The notes under the pieces: model-generated
What the model was told of the DNA's origin: nothing
Database searches by the model: none
The model's input: only the letters and a program-made list of their open reading frames with translations
Shown here: positions 45,948-56,877 of the stretch, piece by piece
Layout of the letters: the number at the start of each line of letters is the position of its first letter
How positions within the stretch are numbered: position 1 is the stretch's first letter
Position numbers and translations under genes: made by a program
NCBI GenBank assembly: GCA_033763455.1
Contig: JANRKO010000062.1
Span: forward strand, 1-64,000
Source: Polyangiaceae bacterium
Lineage (GTDB): Bacteria > Myxococcota_A > Polyangia > Polyangiales > Polyangiaceae
Direction: 5' to 3'
DNA length: 64,000 bases

Positions 45948-47861
45948 TCACTCCCAGGCGCTTTTCCAGGCCCCCGAAGCCTGGGCAAATTCTATCCAGC
46001 TCTTGTAGTACTCATGCCCACCTAGAGTTGCGCTATCCCCAATCACAAGCAAGAAGCTGCGCGCGCGTGTGATGGCGACGTTGGTGCGGCGCACGTCCGA
46101 AAGGAAGCCGATTTGGCCTGTGTCGTTGGAACGCACGAGGTCCAAAACGATGACCTCTTTTTCGCGCCCCTGAAAGCCGTCCACGGTTCCGATCTCTAGC
46201 CCTTGCGCCACTTCCGTAGCTAGCAGCTCTCGTAGCAGCTTCACCTGGGCTGAGTACGGCGTGATGGCGGCGATTTCGGTCGCGGGCACACCACGGGCCA
46301 GGAGGCGCTGGATCTCGGTGGCGGTGCGCGCCGCTTGAGCCGGATTACTGGTGCTGGCGTTAAGCAGAGGATCGCTTTCGGAAAAGCCCATGCCTGCTGT
46401 ATCGAGGAATAAGAAGGGGCCGGGGCGTTCGGGGTCGGGAGCAATTCCCGGCAAATCCTCCAGCCTGCGCCCCAGCACCGATGCATCCGTTTGCAGCCGG
46501 TTTTGATACATACTGAGCGACGGGTAGGCTATGAGCCCTTCATGCATGCGGTATTGCACCGTGAGCATGCGCGTACAGGTTTCTTTCCAATGTGCCGAAA
46601 GGCGCTCGAACAGCGTTGTTCCCAGGCCCTCACGCGCAGCGTCCCGATCGATCACCGTGGGGGAAAGCTGCTGCGGATCACCCGCCAGGATCCAGAGCTT
46701 GCCCCGCTCAAGCGCGGCCAAAGCAATTGGATCTTGAGCTTGGGTGGCTTCATCCACAATTACCATATCGAAACGCGCTTCCCCCAAGAGAGAAGTATCC
46801 ACGCCGCCACACGTCGTACACACCACCCGGCAGCGCCGGAGCACCTTGGCTCGTGCTGCATCGAACGAACGGCGCGCATCCTGCGAAAGACGCTGAGCTT
46901 CCGCCAAGAGATCTTTCCCAGTGGATTTGGTGAGGCTTCCGCGCGCTTTTCGCTTGTGTTGCCGGTTGCGGAGTGCGCGCGCTTCGGCGAGCCACTTTTG
47001 AGCTAACTTGCTTTCTTCGGTCTGCTCGATCAAGACGTCCATGGTGCGCGCCTCAACGGCGGGCGAGATGCGTGCGGGGTGCCCGAGCCGCAGTGGCTTC
47101 AACCCCGCTTTCAGCATGCGTTCGGTCAAATTATCGACTGCGGTGTTACTGGGAGCAGTGACCAACACACTTTGGTCCCGCTGCAGCGCTTGCCGAACCA
47201 CTTCCACTAGAGTTTGCGTCTTGCCTGTACCCGGTGGGCCGTGGATAAGCGCGATTTCTTGGGCTTGAAGAGCGAAGCGCACTGCTTGTTTCTGGCTTTC
47301 ATTCAGATTGGGATCTTTGAAAGGCACTCCGGGCAGTGCGTTTTCAAAACGGGGCGCTCGGCCACCGAAGAGTACTTCCCTGCCGCTTCGCAGATCTTTG
47401 CTCCCTAAGAACGCGTTGATGGCGTTTTTTCCGCGTTCGAACGTAACCTCGGGCGCTTCGCGATCGAGATTCATCGCTCCCTCTTCGATGAAGTCAGCAT
47501 AGTTGGCGCCTACCATCACGGCGATGCGATCGTCGGTCCGGCGTACCAGTGTGCCGCGTTCCCCCGTTTTGGGATCGGGGTGCCCTTGCCAGAGCAATAC
47601 AGGCTCTCCGCCGTTCAATCTGAAGTTTGCGAGCGTCTTCGGATCGCTCGGTCGGAGCCAGAGCAGAGCTCGGCCACCCAGCTTGGCCTCCACTTCATCG
47701 AGGTGAAGCTTCTGCAGAGCCGTGCCGCGCCGGATGCGCTCCACCAATGGCGTGGCCACTCGTTGTTCGTGTTCCGCGTCGCGAGTGGCTGTGAGCTCTT
47801 TTTTCCAGAGCCCTAGCAGTTGATAGAGCGCTGCTTCGGCCTGGGTTCCTGGATCCTGCAT
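45948..47861 (-). CDS. IGHMBP2/DNA2-NAM7 family SF1 helicase
   Basis: LNESQ, GPPGTGKT, APSNTAVD, DEATQ, AGDPQQL, QYRM, TVDGFQGRE, NVAITRAR. Confidence 0.92.
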   Translation of the reverse strand: MQDPGTQAEAALYQLLGLWKKELTATRDAEHEQRVATPLVERIRRGTALQKLHLDEVEAKLGGRALLWLRPSDPKTLANFRLNGGEPVLLWQGHPDPKTGERGTLVRRTDDRIAVMVGANYADFIEEGAMNLDREAPEVTFERGKNAINAFLGSKDLRSGREVLFGGRAPRFENALPGVPFKDPNLNESQKQAVRFALQAQEIALIHGPPGTGKTQTLVEVVRQALQRDQSVLVTAPSNTAVDNLTERMLKAGLKPLRLGHPARISPAVEARTMDVLIEQTEESKLAQKWLAEARALRNRQHKRKARGSLTKSTGKDLLAEAQRLSQDARRSFDAARAKVLRRCRVVCTTCGGVDTSLLGEARFDMVIVDEATQAQDPIALAALERGKLWILAGDPQQLSPTVIDRDAAREGLGTTLFERLSAHWKETCTRMLTVQYRMHEGLIAYPSLSMYQNRLQTDASVLGRRLEDLPGIAPDPERPGPFLFLDTAGMGFSESDPLLNASTSNPAQAARTATEIQRLLARGVPATEIAAITPYSAQVKLLRELLATEVAQGLEIGTVDGFQGREKEVIVLDLVRSNDTGQIGFLSDVRRTNVAITRARSFLLVIGDSATLGGHEYYKSWIEFAQASGAWKSAWE

Positions 47862-47891
47862 GGGTGCCCGTTGTACGGGCAAACGCGTGCG

Positions 47892-49739
47892 TCAGTCGAC
47901 TTGGCGGCGCACTCCGCGCCGGAAGACGGCCACCATGCCGGCTAATATGCCGAGGAAGGCAAGGCTGTTGGCGCCGGAGGTGCCGTGATGGCTCGAGGCA
48001 GAGCAACCCGACGACTCAACACTGCCGTCGTCGATGGGCACCGCAGTTCCGCTGTCAGGGCCCGTGCCTGATCCATTTCCGGTCGCTCCCGTACCGTTGC
48101 CGGTCATGGCTACGTTCCCAGAGCCGCCCGAGGCATTCATGGTAGTGGGATGCACTGTCGGCATTGGCTTCGCGAGGCCTGCGCTATACGCCGCGGTCTC
48201 TGCAACGATAGCAGCGGAGTTGTCTTCAAGTACTCGGCCAGCACCTGTTTCAGCCTGCCGCAGGATGCGCTGGTTCGCAGGGCCCATACTGAAATCGGGC
48301 CAGGTGTTGAGTGTTGCCGGCGTGCCGCGAATAACGCCCCCTTTGGGCAGCTCGATGCGCCACGGTGCCTCGGATTGGTAGAAGCCTTTAGCGCATTCAA
48401 TAATGCGCTCCGCGGTGTGAAGGTTGCTCACGGGGGCAAGTTCAGGATTGAACGCAAACAACGGATCCACGGTCATTTCCGCTGCTGAAAGCGTGGTGTA
48501 CATGCGGGTGACCTGTGGGTGTGCATCTAACAGCTGCTGCACCACGCGGGCCGGCTGAATAACGTCAGCTTCGAGCGCGGCTATGAACTTTGCGGGGTCC
48601 AGGCTAACCCTACACGGCGTCGGGAAATAGCAGGTCTGGAGGACCTCGCTCGCTTGGCCGGGGGGCACCGTAACTTCCTTGGCAACCATGTCCCAGAAGC
48701 CCTCTGCGGCGCCGTATTGGTTACGCGCCTGCACGAAGAGCTCATCCGGACCTGAAAACGGCTGTTGCTTGAAGTTTTGCCACAATTGCTCTTCGTTCGC
48801 AGACCAAACGAACTCTTTGAGGGCTGAAGTGGGCTGTGCATACTCCGTTACGAAGCCCTGCCCACCCGCGTCATTCGCAGCGGCCGTGACTACATCGTTG
48901 TAGTTCTGGGAAGCATTGAACCAGTTGATGCGCGCTTCGTTCAGTTCCAGAGCGTTGTAGTTCTGGGGAATGGCTTGGGCGTCGCCCAAGATCCAGGTCA
49001 TCACGCCCATGTTTTCGTTCGCGGCTACGGCCGTAAGCTTGATGGGTATCATGGGTTTGGTTGCATTATAAGTGAGCACCAAGGGGCGAATCGAACCAGT
49101 ATCCGCTCCCTTAACGAGGCGCAGCGCCAACAGATGCATGCCGTCAGCTAGGTACGGTCCGAGCAGGGCAGGGGCGCCGGCGGGGACGTCGTAACCATTT
49201 GCCGTGAGCCACTGAACGGCAGCATCCGCGGGATTGGGGAGGCTCGCTTCCAGCGAAATTACCTTATACTCAAAGGCACCTACGATCCCCATAGCGGACA
49301 CGGTAACCGCGCCCCCGACGCCCGACGTCGGTGGACCTGCAGCTGCGCCCCCGGTGCCAGCCGCCCCGAAAAATGGGCTGTTCGGCTCAACATCGCATGT
49401 GCCTTCCACCCGCGTGGTCAAAGAGTAGTTCGGGTTCGTGGCTTGCTGCAGTCGCTGAAAAGCGCTGTTGGAGGCCACAGCGATCTGGTCCGTGTTGGGG
49501 ACCGAAGAGATGGGCAACAACCAAGAAAAGTTCTGCGAGGGCCCCTGGTATTGGATCTCGATCACGGCGGTGACCGTCCCGTTGTTATTCTTCGCGAAAA
49601 TGATGCGCTCCGCCGCCTGATTTACAGGCTGCGTTTGCGAGCAGAAAAAGCCACCACACGCTTCGGCTTGGCTCACGCCCACCCAAGTGGCCATTCCCAA
49701 CACGCCCGAAAGCAACCCTCGAAATGCACGCTTCTTCAT
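47892..49739 (-). CDS. DUF2330 domain protein with MYXO-CTERM-like sorting signal
   Basis: ACGGFFCS...VNQAAERIIF, WLTANGY, PMIPIKLT, VTEYA; C-terminal SSGCS...hydrophobic...RRGVRR. Confidence 0.85.
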   Translation of the reverse strand: MKKRAFRGLLSGVLGMATWVGVSQAEACGGFFCSQTQPVNQAAERIIFAKNNNGTVTAVIEIQYQGPSQNFSWLLPISSVPNTDQIAVASNSAFQRLQQATNPNYSLTTRVEGTCDVEPNSPFFGAAGTGGAAAGPPTSGVGGAVTVSAMGIVGAFEYKVISLEASLPNPADAAVQWLTANGYDVPAGAPALLGPYLADGMHLLALRLVKGADTGSIRPLVLTYNATKPMIPIKLTAVAANENMGVMTWILGDAQAIPQNYNALELNEARINWFNASQNYNDVVTAAANDAGGQGFVTEYAQPTSALKEFVWSANEEQLWQNFKQQPFSGPDELFVQARNQYGAAEGFWDMVAKEVTVPPGQASEVLQTCYFPTPCRVSLDPAKFIAALEADVIQPARVVQQLLDAHPQVTRMYTTLSAAEMTVDPLFAFNPELAPVSNLHTAERIIECAKGFYQSEAPWRIELPKGGVIRGTPATLNTWPDFSMGPANQRILRQAETGAGRVLEDNSAAIVAETAAYSAGLAKPMPTVHPTTMNASGGSGNVAMTGNGTGATGNGSGTGPDSGTAVPIDDGSVESSGCSASSHHGTSGANSLAFLGILAGMVAVFRRGVRRQVD

Positions 49740-49965
49740 CGCAACTAACCTCTCGCAGAAGACTTCCCCACCGCACCCCTGACGTCCGATGCCGCTTGCC
49801 GCCCGGATTGGCACAAGGTGGCACAGTTTTGAGGGTTGGAAAGCATCGGTTCAAATCTTGTGCAAGCTCAATGCCACCGGAGAATCCACCCGTGGCGCTC
49901 AAGATTGGGGAGGGTGAGCCGCACTCGAAGCCGCCTAGTACCGCCCCGGCACGAAAACTGCTCTG

Positions 49966-50475
49966 GTGCCACCCATGGTTCGGAGCTGCATCGTTTGGGG
50001 CGCATGCCTGCTCGCGCTCAGTTGCGGCAGCGTAGAGCCGGGCGCTACCCCCGTCGTGGAACCGGACGTGGTGAGTGTTGAGCTTGGAATTCCAGCGGGG
50101 GATGGCTTAGATTTTGCGCCCATCAAGGATGGGGACGAATTGTACGTGCAGACCTTCGGCCAAGGCGGCACGCATGTTCTAGTAGGCGTTCGTTGTCTGG
50201 GATTCGGGAGCCGTGCGTTCATTTCGGCGGAGCTCACCAACCTTAGCACTGGCGTTCAGGTAGAAGAGCCGGCACCCGCGCGGCCTCAGCTTCTCTACTG
50301 TACCGAAGGCGGCCCTTGCGATCTGGTGCCCTATCTCGTGCACACGAGTGGCCTTGTGCCAAGCGGCGTGAAGGGTGCCGGTGTGCATGCACGGTTACGG
50401 ATCAAGGCTCGCACCGAGGCGGGGCTACAAGCCGAAGGCGAACGGGAAGTTTTACTGAACACGAGCAATCTTTGA
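49966..50475 (+). CDS. Hypothetical lipoprotein (start GTG 49966 or ATG 49975)
   Basis: LALSC lipobox; GQGGTHV motif. Confidence 0.65.
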   Translation: MPPMVRSCIVWGACLLALSCGSVEPGATPVVEPDVVSVELGIPAGDGLDFAPIKDGDELYVQTFGQGGTHVLVGVRCLGFGSRAFISAELTNLSTGVQVEEPAPARPQLLYCTEGGPCDLVPYLVHTSGLVPSGVKGAGVHARLRIKARTEAGLQAEGEREVLLNTSNL

Positions 50476-50543
50476 GGTACGGGACGCGCAATCTAGCGGC
50501 TTTAGAAAGTCTGAACCCTAACGCTAAGAGCTAGGAAGAGAAT

Positions 50544-53354
50544 ATGAATCGTCTGTGGGTCATCTGGGTATTGTTCGCGGCGGTAAGCCTCGGGTGCAGC
50601 AATCACAAGGCAGGGCAAGAGGTACCCAGCTGGGCGTGGGCGGCTCACAGTGAGGCCGCGGCGTTGCTGAGTGTGCACGGAACATCGGGCGAAGACGTGT
50701 GGATGGCTGGCGCTGACGACGGCCAAGGGCCACTTGTGTTGCACTTCGACGGAAGTGCCTGGGAGCGCCGAGTCACAGGTGTTTCAGGGGACATTTGGTG
50801 GGTGCACGCCACGGCGGAGGGCCCAGTTTTTCTAGGTGGCTCGGGCTCGTTGCTGTTGCGTTACGAAGCTGGGAAATTTGAACGCCTCGTCACTCCAGGT
50901 CTCGGAAAGCACACCATTTTCGGCGTCTCTGCAGCATCTTCCGAGGATGTCTATGCGGTGGGCGCTGCGGCAGGGCGAAATGGATTCATTTGGCATTTCG
51001 ATGGAGTGAAAGTGGTGGAGGTCCCGCTTCCTCAAACGGTGCCTCAAGATGCCCACCACGACGTGCCTGGCATGTTCAAGGTGTGGGTCGCCTCTCCGAA
51101 GGATGTATGGGTGGTCGGTGCGCACGGCGTGGTGTTGCGCGGGAACGCAACCGACGGCTTTTCGCTCGTTCAATCCGGCGGAGAGGAAATCTTGTTCACG
51201 GTGCATGGTAGCGGAGAACATGTGGCGATTGTTGGCGGCACAGGGCAGGGCCAGGTGCTAGAAAGTCGTGGCGAAGGGCTGGAGAATCACACGCCAGAGG
51301 CCGCGCCTCTCTTGCAAGGCGTGTTTGTGCAACCGAACGGTGTCTCTTGGGCTGTGGGCGCAGGCGGTAGCATTTTTCGTGGTTTTGACGGCAAATATGA
51401 GGCAGTCGATCCAGAGCTCGCTTTCGCTGCGGGGGAATCCTTGCATGCGGTGTGGGTCGATCCGAGCGGCGGGGTGTGGGCAGTGGGTGGAGACGTGTTA
51501 ACACCCGAGCTCGATCAGGGGTTGGCTCTTTCCACTCGCCCAGGAGTGCCCGAGTTCAAGCTGGAGAAGCCCGTCCCTGGTGCACCCAGCTGCCCAGAAG
51601 CAGTGGTCGATCCTCATCCGAACGGCTCAATTGCTCGGCGCTGGGACGAGCAGTTGCTCAACGCCATTCGCCGCGATGTGCCGCGTCCAGGCGTGCATGC
51701 GCGCAATCTATTCCATACTTCGATCGCGTTTTGGGATGCCTTTGCGGCCTACGACGCCCAAGCCGACGGCGTCTTGACTCACGAACGCCTGCAAGCGCCT
51801 GATATCAGCCTCGCGCGCACGGAGGCCATTTCCTACGCGGCCTATCGCGTGCTGAGCCAACGTTACGCAAAAGCCGTAGGTGGGGGCGTTTCCCAGGCCT
51901 GCTTCGATGCTTTCATGGCCAAGCTTGGGTTCGACCCCAAAGACACCACCGAAGTTGGCACCTCCCCGCGTGCCCTCGGCAACCGGATCGGGAGCACCAT
52001 CTTGCAGACCTTTGCCAATGATGGAGCCAATGAAGCGAACAACTACGCCGATCCCGCTGGGTTTGTTCCGGATACTCCCAATCTCGTCGTCGATCAGCCG
52101 GGCACAACCACAGAGTCACCGCTCCTTTGGCAACGCTTGGTGCTAGCCAAGGCGGAAACTCAGAACGGGATCCCGAGCGATGCGGGCGCCCAGGGTTACA
52201 TTGGGGGCCAGTGGGGCACCGTGACACCCTTTGCGCTCGTTCGCCCGGCGCCGAACATGCCCTACCTCGATCTCGGCACGGCTCCGCTTGCGCTAGATGA
52301 CACACTGGTCGCAGACACGGTGGACGTGATTCGGCGTTCCTCCGAACTGGACGCAGAAGATGCCACCATGATCGATATCTCGCCCGGAGCTCTTGGCAAC
52401 AATGCTCTCGGTACCAACGACGGCCACGGCTACGCCGAAAATCCGATTACTCACACTCCGTACGCATCACAGCCGGTTCGGCGCTCGGATTTCGGACGCG
52501 TCCTCGCAGAATTTTGGGCAGACGGCCCCACCTCGGAAACCCCGCCCGGGCACTGGAACACCATCGCGAACGATGTGGCTGACAACCCACAATTCAAACG
52601 CCAGTTGTTCGGAGCCGGAGAAGCGTTGGACGCTCTTACGTGGGATGTGCACACGTATCTTGCACTCAACGCAGCGGTACACGACGCGGGTATCGCCGCC
52701 TGGGAGCTCAAGCGAAAGTACCTCACCGCCCGGCCCATTACTCTCATTCGTTACATGGGCGGCAAAGGGCAACGAACGGATGCCACTGGGCTATCTTATT
52801 CCCCGGAAGGGTTGCCGCTCGTTCCCGATCTGATCGAGGTTATTACGGAGGCGAGTTCGATGCCGGGGCAGCGGCATGCGCATCTTAGCCGATACGTGGG
52901 GGAGGTTGCTGTGCGTGCGTGGCGCGGAGAACCTGGAGACCGTAAACAAGAGGTTGGCGGGGTGGGGTGGCTCCGAGCGGTCGAATGGACCCCGTATCAG
53001 CGGCGTACGTTCGTCACGCCTGCGTTCCCCGGCTACATCTCAGGGCACAGCACCTTCAGTCGTGCAGCGGCAACGGTGCTTTCCGAGCTCACCGGTTCCG
53101 CCTATTTCCCGGGAGGGCTCGGCAGTTACACGTTTGCTCCCGGGTACCTATTTTTTGAAAAGGGGCCCACGGCGAGCATCAAGCTACAGTGGGCTACGTA
53201 TTTTGACGCTGCCGATCAGGCGGGGCAGTCCAGGATTTGGGGTGGTATTCATTCGGCCCCAGATGATTTCGATGGTCGCAAAGTGGGCGCGGTGGTGGGC
53301 GCTAAGAGTTTGGCACTAGCCAAGACCTACTTCGATGGGTCTGCCGTGCCCTAG
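50544..53354 (+). CDS. Lipoprotein fusing a beta-propeller repeat domain to a vanadium-dependent haloperoxidase (PAP2 superfamily) domain
   Basis: SLGC lipobox; DVWMAG/DVYAVG/DVWVVG/GVWAVG repeats; K...TARP, PAFPGYISGHSTFS, SRIWGGIH. Confidence 0.85.
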   Translation: MNRLWVIWVLFAAVSLGCSNHKAGQEVPSWAWAAHSEAAALLSVHGTSGEDVWMAGADDGQGPLVLHFDGSAWERRVTGVSGDIWWVHATAEGPVFLGGSGSLLLRYEAGKFERLVTPGLGKHTIFGVSAASSEDVYAVGAAAGRNGFIWHFDGVKVVEVPLPQTVPQDAHHDVPGMFKVWVASPKDVWVVGAHGVVLRGNATDGFSLVQSGGEEILFTVHGSGEHVAIVGGTGQGQVLESRGEGLENHTPEAAPLLQGVFVQPNGVSWAVGAGGSIFRGFDGKYEAVDPELAFAAGESLHAVWVDPSGGVWAVGGDVLTPELDQGLALSTRPGVPEFKLEKPVPGAPSCPEAVVDPHPNGSIARRWDEQLLNAIRRDVPRPGVHARNLFHTSIAFWDAFAAYDAQADGVLTHERLQAPDISLARTEAISYAAYRVLSQRYAKAVGGGVSQACFDAFMAKLGFDPKDTTEVGTSPRALGNRIGSTILQTFANDGANEANNYADPAGFVPDTPNLVVDQPGTTTESPLLWQRLVLAKAETQNGIPSDAGAQGYIGGQWGTVTPFALVRPAPNMPYLDLGTAPLALDDTLVADTVDVIRRSSELDAEDATMIDISPGALGNNALGTNDGHGYAENPITHTPYASQPVRRSDFGRVLAEFWADGPTSETPPGHWNTIANDVADNPQFKRQLFGAGEALDALTWDVHTYLALNAAVHDAGIAAWELKRKYLTARPITLIRYMGGKGQRTDATGLSYSPEGLPLVPDLIEVITEASSMPGQRHAHLSRYVGEVAVRAWRGEPGDRKQEVGGVGWLRAVEWTPYQRRTFVTPAFPGYISGHSTFSRAAATVLSELTGSAYFPGGLGSYTFAPGYLFFEKGPTASIKLQWATYFDAADQAGQSRIWGGIHSAPDDFDGRKVGAVVGAKSLALAKTYFDGSAVP

Positions 53355-53492
53355 CAGCTAGCTTGCTAGGCCTGCTCGCGGACGGGTGCGGGAGCTCGCA
53401 TCCGGGGATTTGAACACAAAGATCACCGATCCAAGCTATTGTCTTGGAGTAACCCTCGTTGCCTTGATGGGCCCCGAAAGAGGTGTGTTCAA

Positions 53493-55610
53493 ATGGCGAG
53501 TCAACGGCTTGGGTTAACGTGTGTAGCGTTGTTGGTGGCGGGTGTATCCGCTTGGTCGTGCAGCAGCAAGTCGCTTGAGGACTCGGCCGCACCGATGGCG
53601 TCCGCCACCGCGGAGATGCCGGGGACTGGTGGCGCCGGGATGATCGCCGTGGTGCCCATGGATCCACCGCCCAATCCTGACGTTCCGAAGGCCGCAGGCG
53701 AGGGCACGCTCACTTGTCGCCCCACGTTTGCGCCGCCCACGGTGCCCGCAATGGGCAAGATAATCTATGTAGCAAAAACCGGCAAAGATACGAATGACGG
53801 CAGCCAGCTCTCGCCGCTCGCCAGTGTCTCGAAAGCCGCTGAGCTGGCACAGCCGGGTGATACGGTGCTAGTTCGCGAGGGTATCTACCGCGGGCGCGTG
53901 GCTCCGGCGCGTGGCGGCGTTGAAGGAATGCCCATCACGTACATGGCTGAGCCGGGCAAGACGGTGGTCCTCAGAGGATCAGATGAATGGAAGCCCACCT
54001 GGGAGCCAGTGCCGGATCGGCCCAACGTCTTCAAAGCTGTGCCCGATGTTGCCATGTTCACCGACGCAAGCCAGGCGGACGGAGCGAATCCTCTGGAAAT
54101 CCAACGTAAGGATGCCAAGCCGGGCATGACACTCGGGCAGGTATTTTTGGATTCCGAACGCATGGTGCAGCAGCAAGCCCTAAACGATATCTGGAAGCGG
54201 CCTGGAACCTGGCATTACCTGGCGTCGGAAAAGGCTATTTACCTGCATTTCCCGGACGGTAAGGCACCGGGCACCGCGATGATTGAGCTGACGACGCAGA
54301 GGAGGGTTTTCGCGCCGCATGTGCGAGGGCTCGGGTACATCACGCTCAGTGGCTTCACCATCGAGCACGCGGCCAATCAAAACCCCGGGGGATTTTATGA
54401 GGGAGATGTCAAACGCAACCAAGCGGGAATGGTAGGCGTGCGTAGCGGGCACCACTGGATCATCGAGAACAACATTATTCGGTTTGCCAATTCTTTGGGT
54501 ATAGATTGCGGCGTGGAGGGCACGCCTCCAGATATCGAAAACGTGGATCAATCAGTCAAAGTGCCGAGCTTTCCAATTATTCGGAACAACGTGATCTCCG
54601 ATAATGGTACCGGCGGGATGATGTGTTGGCGCGTTCAAGACGCGCAGATTGTCAACAACGTATTCGAACGCAACAATCACCACCGGGAAACGGGGCCGGA
54701 ATCGGCCGCCATCAAATTTCACGGTTCGCAGCGAGCCCAGATTATTGGCAACCTCTTTCGAAATAACCTGGCGTTTGGCATGTACACGGACAATGGGGAC
54801 CGCGATGCTCGCATCCGGCAGAACGTGTTCTTGAATAACATGTCGGCCGGGGTATTCGTTGAGCTTCCGCGCGGGACCAACAATACCGTCGACAACAATA
54901 TTATTGTGGGCAACATCCCTAACGGGATCTACACCCACAATTCCTCCGCCGTACACGTGCTTCACAACCTGATAGCGAACAACACGGGTGACGACGACTA
55001 CGGGGCCCACGGTGAGGGCTACTTCTTGCGAAAAGTGGGGGAAGGAACCCAGCCTCCGAAGGACCACCTAGTGGTGAATAACATCTTTGCCCAGAACAAA
55101 GGTGGAGCCATCAACATTCCCTACACGTGTGGCGGTACCATCAACAATATCAGCGATTACAACGTCTATTCTGAAACGCTGCCACGCCCCTTCTTTGTCA
55201 ACGGCTACTGCCCCGATACGCAGATGATGTTGGCACCGGGTCTTCAAACGCTCGTCTTTGGGGGGCTTGGAGCCGCCGCACCGGCAGGCATCAGTGAGCT
55301 AGGATCCGGTCAGAACGCGGTTGGGCTAAATCTCGCGGAGTGGCGAGCATTCTGGGCCAGCCAGGGCGAGACTCATGACGCCAAGAGTGTGCTTTCGCCG
55401 GGGGTAAAAGCCACCGTAGATCCTCAAACACTCAAGCTCTCGCTCATGGTTGATTTCGACCCTACCACGGTAGGGTCGCAGACGGTCGCTCCGGTTACTT
55501 CCGATTTCTTTGACAAGCCGGTGCCTCAAGACGGAACCGCCAAGCCCGGCCCATTTCAGGATCTGGTGCAGGGGCAGAACGAGTTCCAGCTCTACAAGTG
55601 CGCGCCTTAG
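53493..55610 (+). CDS. Secreted right-handed beta-helix protein (DUF1565-like N-terminus)
   Basis: IYVAKTGKDTNDGS...AQPGDTVLVREGIYR; Asn-rich IENNII/IRNNVI repeats; lipobox-like AWSC. Confidence 0.8.
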   Translation: MASQRLGLTCVALLVAGVSAWSCSSKSLEDSAAPMASATAEMPGTGGAGMIAVVPMDPPPNPDVPKAAGEGTLTCRPTFAPPTVPAMGKIIYVAKTGKDTNDGSQLSPLASVSKAAELAQPGDTVLVREGIYRGRVAPARGGVEGMPITYMAEPGKTVVLRGSDEWKPTWEPVPDRPNVFKAVPDVAMFTDASQADGANPLEIQRKDAKPGMTLGQVFLDSERMVQQQALNDIWKRPGTWHYLASEKAIYLHFPDGKAPGTAMIELTTQRRVFAPHVRGLGYITLSGFTIEHAANQNPGGFYEGDVKRNQAGMVGVRSGHHWIIENNIIRFANSLGIDCGVEGTPPDIENVDQSVKVPSFPIIRNNVISDNGTGGMMCWRVQDAQIVNNVFERNNHHRETGPESAAIKFHGSQRAQIIGNLFRNNLAFGMYTDNGDRDARIRQNVFLNNMSAGVFVELPRGTNNTVDNNIIVGNIPNGIYTHNSSAVHVLHNLIANNTGDDDYGAHGEGYFLRKVGEGTQPPKDHLVVNNIFAQNKGGAINIPYTCGGTINNISDYNVYSETLPRPFFVNGYCPDTQMMLAPGLQTLVFGGLGAAAPAGISELGSGQNAVGLNLAEWRAFWASQGETHDAKSVLSPGVKATVDPQTLKLSLMVDFDPTTVGSQTVAPVTSDFFDKPVPQDGTAKPGPFQDLVQGQNEFQLYKCAP

Positions 55611-55638
55611 CAAGGCCAGCGGTGTGAGAGCCTGGCTA

Positions 55639-56877
55639 CTACGCTGCGCCCCAACCAAGTTGACGAAAGGCTGTTAGCGGCAGCGTCACAGCCGTGATGC
55701 AAACGGGCGTTTGCCGGTAGTTGCGCTCCGGGTGAAGGCACTCATAGGGCGCACCGCTCGCGGCATCCGTTCGGAAATCCGTCGCTTTTAGCTCGCTCAC
55801 GTATTCCTCAGCCAGCCGGCGCGCCGCCAGCTCGTCCACCTGAGCCATCGCAAAACACACCCATCCTACCGTGGGCATCCAATAGGCGCCGTTTTGGTAC
55901 TCATTCAGCGGTAAAGGGCCTACGGTACGTTCCCAGGCAGTCTCCGTGCTGAAATCATCTGAAGTGAGCACACTTCGCACGGCTCCTCGGTACGCAAGCG
56001 TTCCTGTGCGGTAGGCGTCACACAGCCGCTCGCAAATTCGCTCGCGGAGCGCCCCCTTCACGGCGCCAGTGTATACCGCGTACGCGGAACCGAATACGTC
56101 GGGCTGTTGGCTCACACCTGTGCAGGCTCGGAGCAGGCCCCCCGCGTGTGCAAATGTATCCGGCAAAGTGGCCTCAATCCTCGCAGCTATAGTGCTGTAG
56201 GCTTCGTTCCCGGTGAGCTCCGCCAATAGGAGCGCCCCACGCCGCCTCAGAAGCGACGCAAACAAGAGCTCTCCCGTGTGCACGACTGCATCGCAAAACC
56301 CAAAGGAAGCTGCTCGTTCCTCTTCCGTGCACCTTACGAGGCCGTTCTCCACGCTTACTTTGGGTACGGAAAAGGCCAATTCCAACCGCTCGATGAGCGG
56401 CTCACCCGCGACAAGCTCGCCCAAGATGCTGCGGCTAGCGGAGCGGTTACAATACTCCCAGACCATTTCGATGAACAAAAAGTGATCGTCCACGCTTGGG
56501 AGCGTACCCCAAGCGCTGCTCTGCATTTGTGCGTCCAGGGTGCCAGGGAAAAACACGGCTTCGCCGCTGAAGCTGATGTGATCAGCAATGGATCCCTTGG
56601 GGACAAAGCTGCCTGAAGGGGTGTGCCAGTCCCGTGTCTGTTGGGTACGAGCTGCCAAGAGGATCGCATGACGCTGTTCCTCAAGGCTGATGCAGCCGCT
56701 CGCCACGGAGAGTGCGTGATCGCGCAGCCAGAATGCTGGATAGCTGCAGCGCCCGCTCGGCTGAAGTAGCGTCCCGCCGGTAACGTTCGGTGGGGTACCC
56801 TCCGAGGTCCGATCCGGTGGCACACGGCAGGCCTCCACTACCGCTTGGGTGAGGTCGGTCAAGAACTTGAGATCCAT
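55639..56877 (-). CDS. Putative six-hairpin glycosidase-like protein
   Basis: YPAFWLRD, FGFCDAV, YQNGAYW, PYEC motifs. Confidence 0.55.
   Translation of the reverse strand: MDLKFLTDLTQAVVEACRVPPDRTSEGTPPNVTGGTLLQPSGRCSYPAFWLRDHALSVASGCISLEEQRHAILLAARTQQTRDWHTPSGSFVPKGSIADHISFSGEAVFFPGTLDAQMQSSAWGTLPSVDDHFLFIEMVWEYCNRSASRSILGELVAGEPLIERLELAFSVPKVSVENGLVRCTEEERAASFGFCDAVVHTGELLFASLLRRRGALLLAELTGNEAYSTIAARIEATLPDTFAHAGGLLRACTGVSQQPDVFGSAYAVYTGAVKGALRERICERLCDAYRTGTLAYRGAVRSVLTSDDFSTETAWERTVGPLPLNEYQNGAYWMPTVGWVCFAMAQVDELAARRLAEEYVSELKATDFRTDAASGAPYECLHPERNYRQTPVCITAVTLPLTAFRQLGWGAA

Noticed and set aside
49809..49825. Tandem TGGCACA (49809 and 49819) as a sigma54 promoter
   Set aside because: Neither copy has GC at the required GG-N10-GC spacing; it could still be a regulator site but nothing else supports that.
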